From: Octopus sinensis
Lineage: Eukaryota
Direction: 5' to 3'
NCBI RefSeq assembly: GCF_006345805.1
Contig: NC_043001.1
Location: forward strand, 115,072,001 to 115,136,000
DNA: 64,000 bases
Position 1 is the stretch's first letter. Each line of letters opens with the position of its first letter. The position numbers were made by a program, and so were the translations under genes. Shown piece after piece: positions 13,164 to 26,910 of this stretch. A model generated the notes under the pieces. That model was not told the DNA's origin. It worked only from the letters and a program-made list of their open reading frames with translations, and did not search any database.

Positions 13164-13585
13164 TATATATCATATTATATATATATATATATATATTATA
13201 TTATATATTATATTATATATATATATACACTTGTATTATACGCCCATAAAAACACTTACATATAGTCATATATAAATATACCTATTACGTTACATCACAT
13301 CAAACTATACGCGAAGGTGTTTAATTTCCGGTCTCAAAATGACATGAGAGAAGCAACACGACTAAACTACTATTGTCATATCTATGCTAAATATTATGAT
13401 CGATATCAAACCTATCAAACAGCATCACCCTCACCAAACACCACCACCACCGCCATTACCATTGTCAACATTAATTTCACCCAACATCTTTTAAGAGAGC
13501 AATAACAGAAGCATCAGTAGCGATATGAATACGCAGAAAGTCTGCTACACCTTTGAAATGGTTATATTCATATTTATATATATAT

Positions 13586-13897
13586 ATCACCGTGATCACC
13601 GTGACCGACCAGGCTATCAGATGTTGCTACACATCGCTGGTCACCATGCGCTTTGCATTGTTTTAGCCTTCAAATGACTCCACCCCGCTGGCTAAGCGAG
13701 CAGGCCAACAGAAGAAAGAGCGAGAGAAAGTTGTGATGAAAGAGTACAGCAGGGATCGCCACCAGCCTCTGCCTGAGATTCGTGGGGCTTTAGGTGTTTT
13801 CGCTCAATAAACACTCACAACGCCCGGTCTGGGAATCGAAACCACGATCCTACGGCCGCGAGTTGGCTGCCCCAACCACTAGGCCTTTGCGCCCCCC
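13586..13897 (-). mobile_element. tRNA-derived SINE (head family 1, tail type b)
   Basis: Reverse complement of the 7460-7740 and 19325-19632 elements. Confidence 0.85.
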
Positions 13898-14296
13898 ACA
13901 CACACATACACACACACACATATATATATCTATATATAATTGAGAAACTTGGAGTTAACAAGAAAAGGTACGGTTGGACATCTATTTCTTAATTACTATG
14001 ATTGTTTCCATGCATCGTAGTTCTCCCTGTGTGTCGGTACTTGATTATGCAACTGTTTCCCTAAATTATGAGATCTAGTTGTGTTTCCTCATGCGATATG
14101 TAAGTATTCTCTTCGTGAGTTTAAAATCCTCAGGTTCAAGAACACCTCTTCTGTCTGTCGTGGCCGGAATTTAATAGTAATCACTGAGATTCTCAAGGTG
14201 TGTTGTCTTTGAAGAACCGTTGGCAGACTGCTTTTGCGGACGAGCTATATATTGTACTCAACTACGTCCTTAACCTATGAATTCATAATACTATGA

Positions 14297-14373
<77 letters not shown>

Positions 14374-14769
14374 TACACCTGTACCTGTACTGTTACTCAT
14401 TCATACGTACACACACACACACACACATACACACACACACACACACACCACACACATATATATATATATATATATAATTGTAATACATACACACATACAA
14501 ACACAAACACGAACACACAAACACCTGAATATGCACAATGCACACATGCATACACACTCATTCAAGCATGCATACACATTCATACATACATACATACAAA
14601 CATACAAATGTGTATCCGCACGCACACTTTCTATATGTGTGTATGTATATGTATATAATATGTGTGTGTGTATATGTGTGTGTGCAGATGAACGTAAGAC
14701 TGTCCTGTGAATATGTGCGATTTTAAGGTGCACACGTCCCCTTCACTTATATGGATATGCATGTTTCCT

Positions 14770-15971
14770 TATATGCAGTTATATTTTAGAATTCTAATGG
14801 CAATAAAAATTATTTAAACTAATTAAATATTATTTGACAGAATAACAGAATTAAAATTTCTTTGATTAAAGCCTTTTCTAACATGGAAGTGTCCAAAGAG
14901 CATTTAAGGCACATAATACTTTATGAGTACAAAAAATGGAAACTCTGCAGCCGAAGCGACTCGAAACATACACTCAAGTTAAGAGAAAGAATGCTTGAAT
15001 GAAAGAACTTGCAGAATATGGTTTGCAAAATTTAGAAGTAGAGATTTCAGTCTTGAAGCTGAAGATCGAACAGTTGGGTTTGAAGATAAGCTCCTTGAAG
15101 TATTACTTGAAGAAAATCCTGCATTATCAGCTGAAGAATTAGCAATAAAGCTTAGTTCAAATCATATAACTGTTCATCGTAATCATCAACAACTTGGAAA
15201 GGTTCCTAAACTTGGAAAATGGGTGCCTCATGAATTGTCCCGCAAATCCCGAGTTGACATCTGCTCTTCTCTCCATTCTCGCGAACTCATTTCATCCTTT
15301 TTGGACTTGTGACTGGTGATTAAAAATAGATCTTCTATCGAAATGTTAAATGTCGTAAACAGTGGTTTGGTAAAAGGAAAAAAAGCTGAACCAGAACCGA
15401 GGAGGGAACTTCGCGGGAAAGAGGTTCTTCTCACTATCTGGTGCAATTGCAAAGGAGTAATTCACTTTGAATTGTTACCACCTAATGCAATAATTGATGC
15501 TCAAGCCTACTTTCAGTAATAAGAGCGTTTGAAATAAGCTCTGAAGAAGAAAAAAAGACCTGCATTAGTAAATCAAAAAGGAGTGATGTTTCATCAGGAC
15601 AATGCGCGACCTCATACTGCAAAAATCACATCACAGAAGATCGAAGATTTGGGTTGGGAAAAAATTTCTCATCCACCTTATTCTCCCGACCTTGCTCCTT
15701 CAGACTACCATTTGTTTCGTAGTTTACAGAATCATTTGGGGGACATAACTTTCACAAGCCAGGAGGAGGTGGAAACTGACATTTCAGAGTTGTTCGCTTT
15801 GAAACCCAAAAAGTTTTACATTGATGGGGTTAAAAAGCTTGTAAATAGATGGAAGGAAGTCATAGATAATCAGGGAAAGTACATTGATGATTAAATTTCA
15901 ATTAAATGTAACATTTGGTCACTTGTTTTCTTTATTCAAAATTCGAACAGAACTTATGGGATGACCTGATA
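14770..15971 (+). mobile_element. Mariner (Mos1/SETMAR-like, D,D34D) transposon with transposase pseudogene 14883-15894
   Basis: MEVSKEHLRHIILYEYKK start, WVPHEL, HQDNARPH, HPPYSPDLAPSDYHLF; frameshifts and stops; right TIR-like end gaacttatgggatgacctga-TA; left TIR not found. Confidence 0.92.
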
Positions 15972-16109
15972 TATACATTTATATTCATATATATATACAT
16001 TTATATATATATATATGCGTACATAAATACATACATGCACATATAAACACACATACACACATACATACACATACATAAATATGCATTCACATACATATAT
16101 TTAAAAAAG

Positions 16110-19100
16110 TTTCAGTATTGCTAGTTTAGAGAATTTAGACGCGGTCGACATGTTCTTATGAAATGCATTTCCTTGTTAATGCGTTCGTATTGGTTAGCAT
16201 TGTCTTTGAATTTGTATAATGGAAACGTTGTGAATTTGGGAAATTTGTTGGATGCACATTCATCGATGTACTGGCTGAGAGGTATTTTCCTCTATTTTCC
16301 TGTCCAATATATTGTTGTTTATATCCCGAGCATGTAATTAAGTAAACGAAGTTCTCCGATGCACATGTAAAATTAGTTTTTATGGTGAAATTATGGCCTT
16401 GTTCTAATCGGTATTCTGATCCTTCTGTTAAGTTGATACAGATTCCACAGTTTGGTCTCCCCCTTTTTTTACTGTCAGCTTAGTGGTTATTGCTGAGTGT
16501 AATTTGGCCTAGGTTAATATCTTTTTCACTGATTTGATTGTCACATGACTGTGTGTGTCTTGAGGATTTGATTCATCTTTGGGTCTGTCTTGAGTAGAGC
16601 TGTGCTGTGGGGTATAGTGTTGAAGGCCACATTGTTATGTGGTTTTTTTGTGGAAATGTAAGGCAGGGTTTTCAATATTTCTTCCTTCTTTGGCCATGGT
16701 TATCTAAGTTCTTCTGTATTTAATTTAAATGAATCTTCTTCAGATATTCTTAGATGGACTCGCTGTGATAATCGGTTTTCCAACCGATTATAACTGCGAC
16801 TCTATCTAAGAATATCGGAAGAAGGAATTTTATTTGTGGGTAATTCCTATTGATGGATATTCATGCTGGTATGTCTCGGGTGGCAAGAATCACATGGCAG
16901 GTTCTGTTTCGAGTCTCTATTTTGTTCCTGTGTTTCTTAATAAGGATATCCAAAAACGGTAGTTGTTCCTAGTTGTACTCTATCGTTAATTGGAAGTTTT
17001 CATTTATTCCATTTGGAAGAGTTTGGAATTAGTTAAGTTTTTCTATACTTTCATTCCAGAGGATGAAGCAGTCATCGAGATAACTTTTCCATTTGTTTTG
17101 AATGTAGGTGGGAAAGGAGTTTCCATATTTCGAGATAGCCCATTACCAGGTTCGCAAAAGAAGGTGCAATCCGTGTTCCCATTGCTGTCCCCGATTTGTG
17201 TTGGAAGTAGTCATTGTTAAATATAAAATAATTGTTTTCTATAATATATTTTAGTCCTTCTATAAATGCGTTCTTTTTTAATGCAGGAGGGGATTTCCTA
17301 GGTGTCTAACCAGAATGTGATGGCTTCCATTCCTAAGTGTGGGGGATGTTTGAATATAGGTTGACTACGTCGAAGGATACTAGCAGGGTTTTCTCATTGA
17401 CCGTTTTTGGGAGGTGGTTGAGCATGTCCAGATCATCCTTTATATAGCGCTTGATGTGTTTGAGGAAGTGATTCAGTAAAGTGTTTAGGAAGTTGCTGAG
17501 GCGGTGGGTTTCGCATGCTGGACCTACTATTATTGGCCTTGGTTTCAGGTCATCAGGTGAGGGGACCTTGATGATTATGTCTGTAGCTTCTTGGCATGCT
17601 TCGCTTATTATTCTGCTTTTGTGGATTTTGAGAATACCGTGGAACAAACTTGATTTACTTTTGAAATTGGTAATGTAGTCGTATTCCTTGTCTGTGAGTC
17701 CTCGGTGTGTGTTAATTAATGTCCTGAGATTATTCATTATTTTATGTTGGCTACAGTCTTGGGCCTTTTCGTAATATCTCTCATCCCCTTATAGAGATAG
17801 TACTAGATTTTTACAGTACCTTGCGTTACCTTTATCTGCCTCTTTATTGTTATGGTTGTATCTTCTCTTAGTTCGTTAAGGTCTTTCCATTCTCTTTTGT
17901 TAAAGTTTGGTCTGTGTTTTTGTTTATTTGTGAGTTGATAAGGGTAATTGATGTGCTCACAGAATTGGGCGAGGGTTTGATTCTTTCCTTTGGTAAGGGT
18001 GTAGTTGCTACTGTTTCTAGCTATTGAATCGTCGTCGATCTGTTTGTCACAAAATTCCTCGACTGTTCTTTATTTTCTACAAAATTCGAAAATATCGTCT
18101 TTCATTTCATGGTAATTTGATCGTTGGGAGTTGGTGTTTATCTTAGCCCCTTGGATAGTATGTTTATCTGGTTGGGTGTAAGTTCATTATTAGAGAGATT
18201 GACTATTTTAATTTCCTGTGATTTCTCTGGCACGTCCGATGCCATCGTGTATCTGTCTCCTGTTGCTATAATTTTTATAGTGAGTTTGTGGTGTACTATT
18301 TTGTAGTGTGTTTTTGAACCTCGTGTTCCGTCTTAGTGTTTCACGTATAGAATGTTGGCAGGTGTGTCTTCTGTAGTGGGTTTGTTGTTTATTATGGTTG
18401 CATGGTGGGTTCCTAGAGTATAGGCTTCATTGGTGTGTTTTAGTTGGGTTATGTAGATTGTGGCTCTTAATATTGTGTGGTAAATCCCTGTAGGTGTTTC
18501 GTGGTGCATTTATGTGGCATGGGGTACGTTCAAAATGTCTTTCTCAGGAGGGAAGTATGTTCGGTTTTCCTGGTGGTTGTTCAATTATGATAGATTGTGG
18601 TTTTGTTTTTCTTAATTTTAGGAAGGAGTTGTTGGAGATGTGTTCGTTTTTGAAGTTGGTTTCATAAGTCGAAAACCAGTTCGGGCTATTTTGTCATCGT
18701 TGCTGGGATATATTTCCTCTTTTTCACACTCCTCTTTCCATAATTTTAGCATTGTTTCTGTGTTGGGGCCTTGTGTTTGTTGAGTTCCTTGTGTACATAT
18801 ATATATGTATATATATGCATATATATGGATATAGATCTGTATATATGTTTGTATGTATGCATATATATGTGTGTGTGTGTATGCCTGTGTATATGTATGT
18901 ATGTAGAAGAGTATTGTAGTTCGCTTGAAGCATTGTGCATTGTTTGTAAAGAAAAAAAGTTTTGAATGGTACAAGAATGCACTATAATACAAACATGGAG
19001 CTATATACCTGTCGTAATTTAGTCACCCATAGTCTGATATGATATTTCGAAATAAAATTCCTTCTTCAGGTATTCTTAGACGGAGCCGCTGTGATAATCG

Positions 19101-19238
19101 GTTTTCCAACCTATTATAGCAGCAACTGATATTTCGAAATATCATATCAGACTATGGATGACTAAATTACGACAGGTATATAGCCCGTTGTTTGTATTAT
19201 AGTATATTGTACCATTCAAAACGTTTTATTCTTTATAC

Positions 19239-19240
<2 letters not shown>
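16110..19240 (-). mobile_element. Degenerate Penelope-like retroelement (RT + GIY-YIG endonuclease) with inverted pLTR segments
   Basis: FHGILKIHK, KPRPII, LLVSFDVVNLYSNIPH, GTAMGTRIAPSFANLVMGYLE, YLDDCFILW; C-terminal CGIC...FTCASENFVYLITC...YIGQ (GIY-YIG); pLTR inverted repeat 18945-19052/19130-19240. Confidence 0.9.
19038..19074 (-). ncRNA. Minimal type I hammerhead motif in the Penelope pLTR
   Basis: Minus strand: aatac CTGAAGA A GGAAT ttt ATTTC GAA ATAT C atatc; palindromic stem III, AUC triplet, weak stem I. Confidence 0.6.
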
Positions 19241-19271
<31 letters not shown>

Positions 19272-19272
19272 G

Positions 19273-19324
<52 letters not shown>

Positions 19325-19326
<2 letters not shown>

Positions 19327-19632
19327 AGGCGCAATGGCCCAGTGGTTAGGGTAGCGGACTCGCGGTTGTAGGATCGCGGTTTCGATTCCCAGACCGGGCG
19401 TTGTTAGTGTTTATTCAGCGAAAACACCAAAACTTCCTCGAGGCTCCGGCTGAGGGCGGTGGCGATCTCTGCTATACTCTTTCGCCACAACTTTCTCTCA
19501 CTCTTTCTTCTGTTGCCTGCTCGCTTGGCTAGCGGGGTGGCGTCATTGAAGGCTAAAACAATGCGAAGTGCATTGTGTTCAGCGATGTGTAGCAACATCT
19601 GATAACCTGGTCGGTCACGGTGATCACGGTGA
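19325..19632 (+). mobile_element. tRNA-derived SINE (head 1, tail b), tandem copy 1
   Basis: A/B boxes; nearly identical to 19699-20010. Confidence 0.88.
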
Positions 19633-19647
19633 TATATATATATATAT

Positions 19648-19698
<51 letters not shown>

Positions 19699-19700
<2 letters not shown>

Positions 19701-20010
19701 AGGCGCATTGGCCCAGTGGTTAGGGTAGCGGACTCGCGGTTGTAGGATCGCGGTTTCGATTCCCAGACCGGGCGTTGTTAGTGTTTATTCAGCGAAAACA
19801 CCAAAACTTCCTCGAGGCTCCGGCTGAGGGCGGTGGCGATCTCTGCTATACTCTTTCGCCACAACTTTCTCTCACTCTTTCTTCTGTTGGCCTGCTCGCT
19901 TGGCTAGCGGGGTGGCGTCATTTGAAGGCTAAAACAATGCGAAGTGCATTGTGTTCAGCGATGTGTAGCAACATCTGATAACCTGGTCGGTCACGGTGAT
20001 CACGGTGATA
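19699..20010 (+). mobile_element. tRNA-derived SINE (head 1, tail b), tandem copy 2
   Basis: Differs from copy 1 only by a few single-base changes and indels. Confidence 0.88.
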
Positions 20011-23000
20011 TATATATATATATATATATAATATATATATATATACATACATACGCATACATATATATCATTTATCTCTGGTCTGTGTGTACATGCATGC
20101 GTGTGCGTCTGTGTATGTATATATGTATGTTTCCAAACATGTGTGTACGCCCGTGACATGTGTGCATATAATTACATTCGCATGTATGTATGCCCATACC
20201 TATGCTCACAGTTGGTAGAACTGTGTGAAATATTTACATAGCCACTACATTTTGGTGAATATTTAAAAGGTAATTACTTAGCTATACCCTCATTGAATAG
20301 AACTAAATAGAATTGTTGAGGGAAGATTACTCTTACACAATTGCCCCATTTTATCAAGTGGATATTTTTCGAATCAAACCAGAACGGATTTGAAATATGC
20401 GATAAAACACTTTTATTTTTTTCTACCTTTAATTTTTATGTAACTGATAAATTTTATGAAATGGTAATATTCAGAAATTTTACGGAGGCATGTCTCTAAA
20501 CACGTATTTAAAAAGATTCACTTAGTCCCAGAGCGCATGCGTTCTGATAATAAACTTACAATGTGGCTTATACATATTTCATCATAATTCAAACATTTGG
20601 TATAATATATTAAATTTCTATTTTTACAGTTTATATTTGCTTTTGAAAAAATTGTCTTTGTGTGGTTGTAATGACCATCATGTATTAGTGGACATGTATC
20701 ACAATGTTTGACATTGATTTAGAATTCAGATGAGGAGTTTTGTCTGTTGTTCGGATTAGTATATAGACAAGAGATAAAGACCGACCGACAGACAGACAGA
20801 GAAATAATATTTTTGTGCAGTTTGGCTAGAAAAAATATGTAGGGCTACAAAAATAGAGATATATTATGACTGAAATAAATGCATTTTACTAACAGTATTT
20901 TGCGATTAAACAATTTTCTTTAGAGAGCGATGCGCAATTGGGTGCATAATTTGAAGTTAAGCCACTAAATATGATACAAAGTCGTAAATAAACCCTAGAG
21001 TCAACACTATACATTGAAAATTCTTTTTAAAGAAGTTAAAATTTTAATTTAGGCATCCTTATATTACGTGTATTAAAACGAATCACAAAATACATTTTGT
21101 ATTTTTGGTTTTTATCGAAAAAGTTTCTATCCTTTCTTTTTGGCTTTAAGTTTCTTTTTTAAATATATATCAATGAGTTTATTTGGACATTTAAATACAA
21201 TTATATCTTTTAAATAGATTTGTGTTTAATATGTTTTATCTGGGGAAGTTTTAACGTCGTGTACGATTTAGAATATTTTAATGATTTATTAATATTTGAT
21301 ATATATTGGTCTCATCATCAATCTGAAAGAAATATTGACTGTTTCTGATAGCTCTGCACTGTTTATTTACGTTAACTGTTTAAACTAATCAGTAACTCAA
21401 TAAATAAATGAATAAATAAATGACAACAACTTTAAGCTAAACCTAAATCAATATCCCTGAAACTTTCTAACATTATCTAATGTGTCTTCTTTGTGAGATT
21501 GCATATATTAGTTCGTTTTCCAATAAAGCTGTAATTTCTCTACCTGAATTTATGGATCGACTGTATTGAAGAACCTTTGAAGATCTATGAATATTCCACA
21601 TTCAAATTTTTGATTCACGAATGCTGTATCGAGAATACAAATTCTATTTTTGAACTATGTTGGTTGTCTAAAAGTCAAAATACAGCTTATTGATTTAATT
21701 AGGTTGCTTGGAATTTGTAGAATCTAAAGTATAATAGTTTTTTCTTTAATATCTTATTGATGATAGAAAGTTTTCGCATTCAAAGCGTCATTCCATTGTG
21801 AATTGTGACAACTCTTACAGCTTAAATTTGTTTGATGTTTTATATATTTTATGTGGTAAGTAGACAGTTTTGATGTTGTTTTGCATATTAAAGATATTAT
21901 TTCAGTTATATTACTAAACATGGCGATGGATAATGTTTCAGTTCCACTTCGAAAGATATATTTTATGATGGAGATTTTATCAATAGAGAATGTTTTCTTT
22001 TCTCACTTTACTTATGCATTCTTTTGAAGTTAACTGAGACACTGCTGCTTAAAACTGACTCCCTTTGAATTAAGTAGGGGCAACGGCCGTAAGAAATAAA
22101 TTATTTCTAAAATAGAATATGTGTGAAGTAGTGAATGTTATTCTTATTAGGATTTTAATTACTGCATAAACGGCATATTACATAATTTACCACTTTTTGT
22201 AATATAATTTTCCTTTCATACTAATATTAATTTATTGATTGCATGTATACATTTAGTTTTTCAGAAATATAAACGAATATTAATAGTTTGAATTTGAGAA
22301 AACTAATCATATAGTTAAAATGTCAATTTCTATATCAATGAGAAATATTCATAAAGAAATCCAAAGTAATTTCAATGAAAGTTTTAGACTGTTTTGTAAT
22401 ATTTTTTAGATATTTAATACGAATATCTTATTGACTTGGGCAATTGATATTTCCATAACTTGTGTTGTTTACCGTTAATAGACCAGCATTAAAACTAATT
22501 GCAAATGCTGTTGAAAAACCATAAAAAGATTAATTTACTCTATTCTGCATTCACTTGCCCTACCAATAAAGCTTTCTTGATGTGTATGCGGTAGTGTAAT
22601 CATCCAAGTATGCAAGTAAACACCCCTACGTTTGTATAGTGGTACCACATTCTTGTTATATACACTATCTCAGGACAAACGAGGAAAACTCCAAACGAAG
22701 CAGAGATGTAACATTACATACTCGAACTTTTCACAACCGATAGAACATAGATTTTTTTTCCGCTTTTCTTTACTCTGTGCTATCTTACTCTCCCAGGTTT
22801 TGTTGGTTTTGAATTGTCATTGATGTGCCTGTAACTTCACTTTTTCAAGGCCCCACTTAAACCTAATTTTACCACTGGGATGAGATGATCGTATTAGTAT
22901 GGCCTCTCTCTTTTGACCTGTCCAGTAGAGCGAGCTCTACATAGGATGTCTCTCTTAGTGTGAGAGGCTGCTATACCACATGCCTCCATATCCCCAACAC

Positions 23001-25103
23001 AAGTCACCATACACCAACAAAAGCCACCATGCCCCAACAAGGACAGGACGTTGTCGTGGGAAATGTAGCATTAAGTGAATAAGTATTAGAAATCTCTAAA
23101 ATCGCTTGGTCACACATTTTGGGGACCACAACTCATATCCGTCTTAATTGTTCTTGTCTGTGAGGAATAATTATAGTTTCCCAAAAGGATGCCATTAGTA
23201 AAATGCGATGACTATCAACATTTAAATTTTTAAAAAACTCTAGCAAGCGTGGCAGTTGAATAATTAAGAGAATTAAGAGAGCAATAATAGCTGTTAACGA
23301 TGGGAAATAGCAGATAGGTCTCTCTTAATCTTCTGGAAGAAATGTTAAGAAATGAAGAACATATTAAGTTCTGGTAATATTTTTCGATAATATACATTAT
23401 CAGAGGCATTAGTTTTCTTAAATATCTTCATAGATTTCACAGATTATTTGAAAGCGATATTAGATAATTATGAATATGGCTGAAAAAAGAATAAAAGATG
23501 TACAATAGTTTCACATCTTCATCGCAACAATATTTATATGTTCTGTTCCATATTCTTCTGATGTATAAAATAAATATTGTTATCCTTTTTGATTCGATGC
23601 AGGTCGTCTCTGACGTAACAGACTTATAATTCCACTCATAAATATTTTGAATAATTTTACAGGACATAACGAAATCCTCGTTTCCCAGCGGTACTAATTA
23701 CAAATAAAACTCCTTGAATTTTAAAAGGTGTAGTCTCTCCGTGGTCGCTTGATCTGCTTCATGTAGCAGACAAATTTTACTGAAAGGCCACGGGAAAAAT
23801 AGGACAATTACAGCTGAAATATCTACTATCATTTGCCTGTATGATTAGAGTTAACCGGGGAGTTGAAGAAGAGAAGCTTCCTATATCTATGCATTCATTT
23901 TTCTCTAAGTCTAGTATCAGGCTATATAATTAGTCCTAAATCAATAGTGTATGAGATTTAGATTATGCAATGAAAACAGCTCTAGATTTGAATCTTTATC
24001 TACATAACATACTTAACGTATGTATGTATGTCGTGGAAATATCAGGCGTAGCGACCAGTGATGCCTCTGGCTTCTCTATAATAAAAATATGCTAAATATG
24101 TCATATATGTGTACGCATACAGACTGTTAGGACGAAATCACAGCTGAAATTAGGGAGGGGAGCACTTTTTATGTATCCCCGACGCTGGACATTATAATGT
24201 ATCTTTTTAATTTCGAGCTTCAGATGAGACCCCGTCATCTGGGACACAAAAAAAGATGTGTTCATCAGTTCAGGCACATACCGCAACGGTATCAGCTGCC
24301 TCAGACCCAAATGAATGAACTTGAAAGACATTGCTTTGGTTAATACTTAACCATAGACTTGGGTATGAAAAGCATACGAGTACACGGATTACAAGGGACG
24401 AACAGACGAAAACTCTCCCGTCTAGCATCAAACTGCAACGACCAACAACTAAAGCGAACGCTGTACTTTTGTGCATTACATATGCGAGAGCACATACGGG
24501 TTTGCAAGATCAATACGCACATATATACACAAGGAAAATGATGATGAGGATGAGAACGATAAGGAGGAGGAGGTGGGGACAGAGACGAAATTTCAAGATA
24601 TTGCACAAGACAAAATGTAATGCAAAAGAATATTAACAGACAGTGTTTAAAGTACATGAGCGGAAAGAGGAGATGGCGGCGAGAGGTGATTCAACAGTAA
24701 ATGTTAAAGGAAAAGTGTGGGAAAATATATCCATATAAAAGATGTAACATAAAGGTAGAGAGGTTGTGAAGATAGTGAATCAACCATCTATAAGTGACAG
24801 GGAAAGAATAATATATTAAAACAAAAGATAACATATCGAGACAAAAGATAGCATGTAGAATTTTTGAGAGAAAGTAAGGCTTACAATTAGTGGAGAGGAA
24901 GGTGGTGTGAATTATAAGATACATAGACATACTGCAAAGTAGCAAGAGACGGGGCTTAAATATGTATTTGTTATAAAACGAACGTCTTTGATTGTGTTCA
25001 TAGAAGAAAACGTGTATGGCTTTCACAGATAGAGAGGGAGACTATATACATATATATATATATATGTATATATATATATGAAGCAAGAGAAAGAGAGAAA
25101 GAA

Positions 25104-25136
<33 letters not shown>

Positions 25137-25556
25137 GGAGAGAGAGAGAAACAATGTATGAGACAGAAAGTGACAGGAAACAGGAACAGAAATGAAATAG
25201 ATCAAATTTTTGAAAGAGAATAAACATACGAAGCAAAACTGTAAAAGAGAAGGTACGTGAGAAAGAATGAAGAAAAACCAAGACAGAGAGAGAGACAGAG
25301 AAAGAGAGAGAGAAAGAAAGAAAGACAGAGAGAGACAGACAGACAGACAGACAGAGAATGAAAAAGTTATTTAAATAGGAAGAATTAATCGAGAAGTAGG
25401 AAATAGCGGTTGTCTGTTAGAGAGGAGAGGTGAAAAGTACAGTAATATCACAAAGCCAAAAACCTACCATAAAATTTCAAGGATATTTAGTAACAGAAAT
25501 CATTGACATATTTTAAAGATAAGGTTTTTTCTTGGCAATGATACATAAACAACAAT

Positions 25557-25828
25557 TACTACTACTACTACTACTATACTACTACTACTACTACTATCAC
25601 TACTACTACTACTGCTGCAACTGCTGCTACTACTACAACTACTACTACATGTAGCTCCTGCTGCTACTACTACTACAACTACTACTTATAGTTGTAGTAG
25701 TAGTAGTAGCAGTAGTAGTAGAAGTAGTAGTAGAATTAGTAGTAGTAGTAGTAGTAGTAGTAGTAGAAGTAAAAATTAAGAAAATCAAGAACAACAACTA
25801 TAAAGCAACAACAACAATAATAATAATG

Positions 25829-25862
<34 letters not shown>

Positions 25863-25880
25863 CAACAACAACAATAATAA
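25557..25880. repeat. Trinucleotide microsatellite complex (TAC)n-(GTA)n-(AAC/AAT)n
   Basis: Directly visible. Confidence 0.9.
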
Positions 25881-26540
25881 GCAAACGGAAATACACCAAA
25901 AATTTATAAATAAGATATGTGTAAAAACAATTCTAGCACACATATGAAGAGAAATCAAATAAAAAAAAATATATGCAAGTTCACCTTTTTTTCTTTTTTT
26001 ATGAGAAGAACGTGACTAGAGAAGGAAAAATCATTTCCTATTATTAAATTTCAAAGTACTTGACCGGAAAATAAATATTTATTTTATTATACGAGCTTTG
26101 TTTGTGAAAATATACACTTAAGTGTATAAAGTAATGTTTGGTTTCTTTGAAAGCAGTTTTAGTTTTAATTTTCAACGTTTGCTGCGGAATAATGATATAT
26201 GTTTTAAAAAATGCATCTGAATATGATGAAGTTGTATATTTGGAAGAATATGTAGGAAAGAAATGTACATTTTTCTTATCATAATAACAAGTGACATAAT
26301 AGAGTGAATGTATATATTTATACTGAGCACAAACAGATTATACACAACCAAGCTTAAATATATGCACACACACACACACAGACAGACATATATGTATATA
26401 AAACTTGTATACTGCATGAGCGGTTGAATGTCAGAATCTCTGAGTACCAACAAAGGGGAGTAAAATGGAAGTTATAAATAAACGTTACGATATGAATTGA
26501 ACAGTTTTCTGTATGCAACCAACCGTACATAAATACATAT

Positions 26541-26605
<65 letters not shown>

Positions 26606-26644
26606 TGTGTGTGTGTGTGGTGTGTGTAAACATTAGTACATTTA

Positions 26645-26910
26645 AAATATGTTTGTAACATCTTTCAGCTTCTAAAGGCAAATTCACTGCAGTTACCGTT
26701 TTAGACAAATTCTGTATTATGGTAAATAGGTGCAAAAACACCATATTGGCGCAATGAGGCCACTGTCGGACTCCCAGATTTAAAGCCGTAGGGTCTGTAC
26801 CAGCCAGATATTGTGTTTATACATCATTTTACCATAAGAGAGCAATTTTTCTTTATGGTAAATGCGGTGAATTTGCCTGTAGAAATTGAAATATATTACG
26901 AATGTATAAT
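26645..26910. mobile_element. Old MITE-like imperfect inverted repeat (~100-bp arms)
   Basis: ggcaaattcactgcagttacc...ttatggtaaa...aaacac is mirrored by gtgttt...tttaccataa...ggtaaatgcggtgaatttgcc. Confidence 0.7.
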
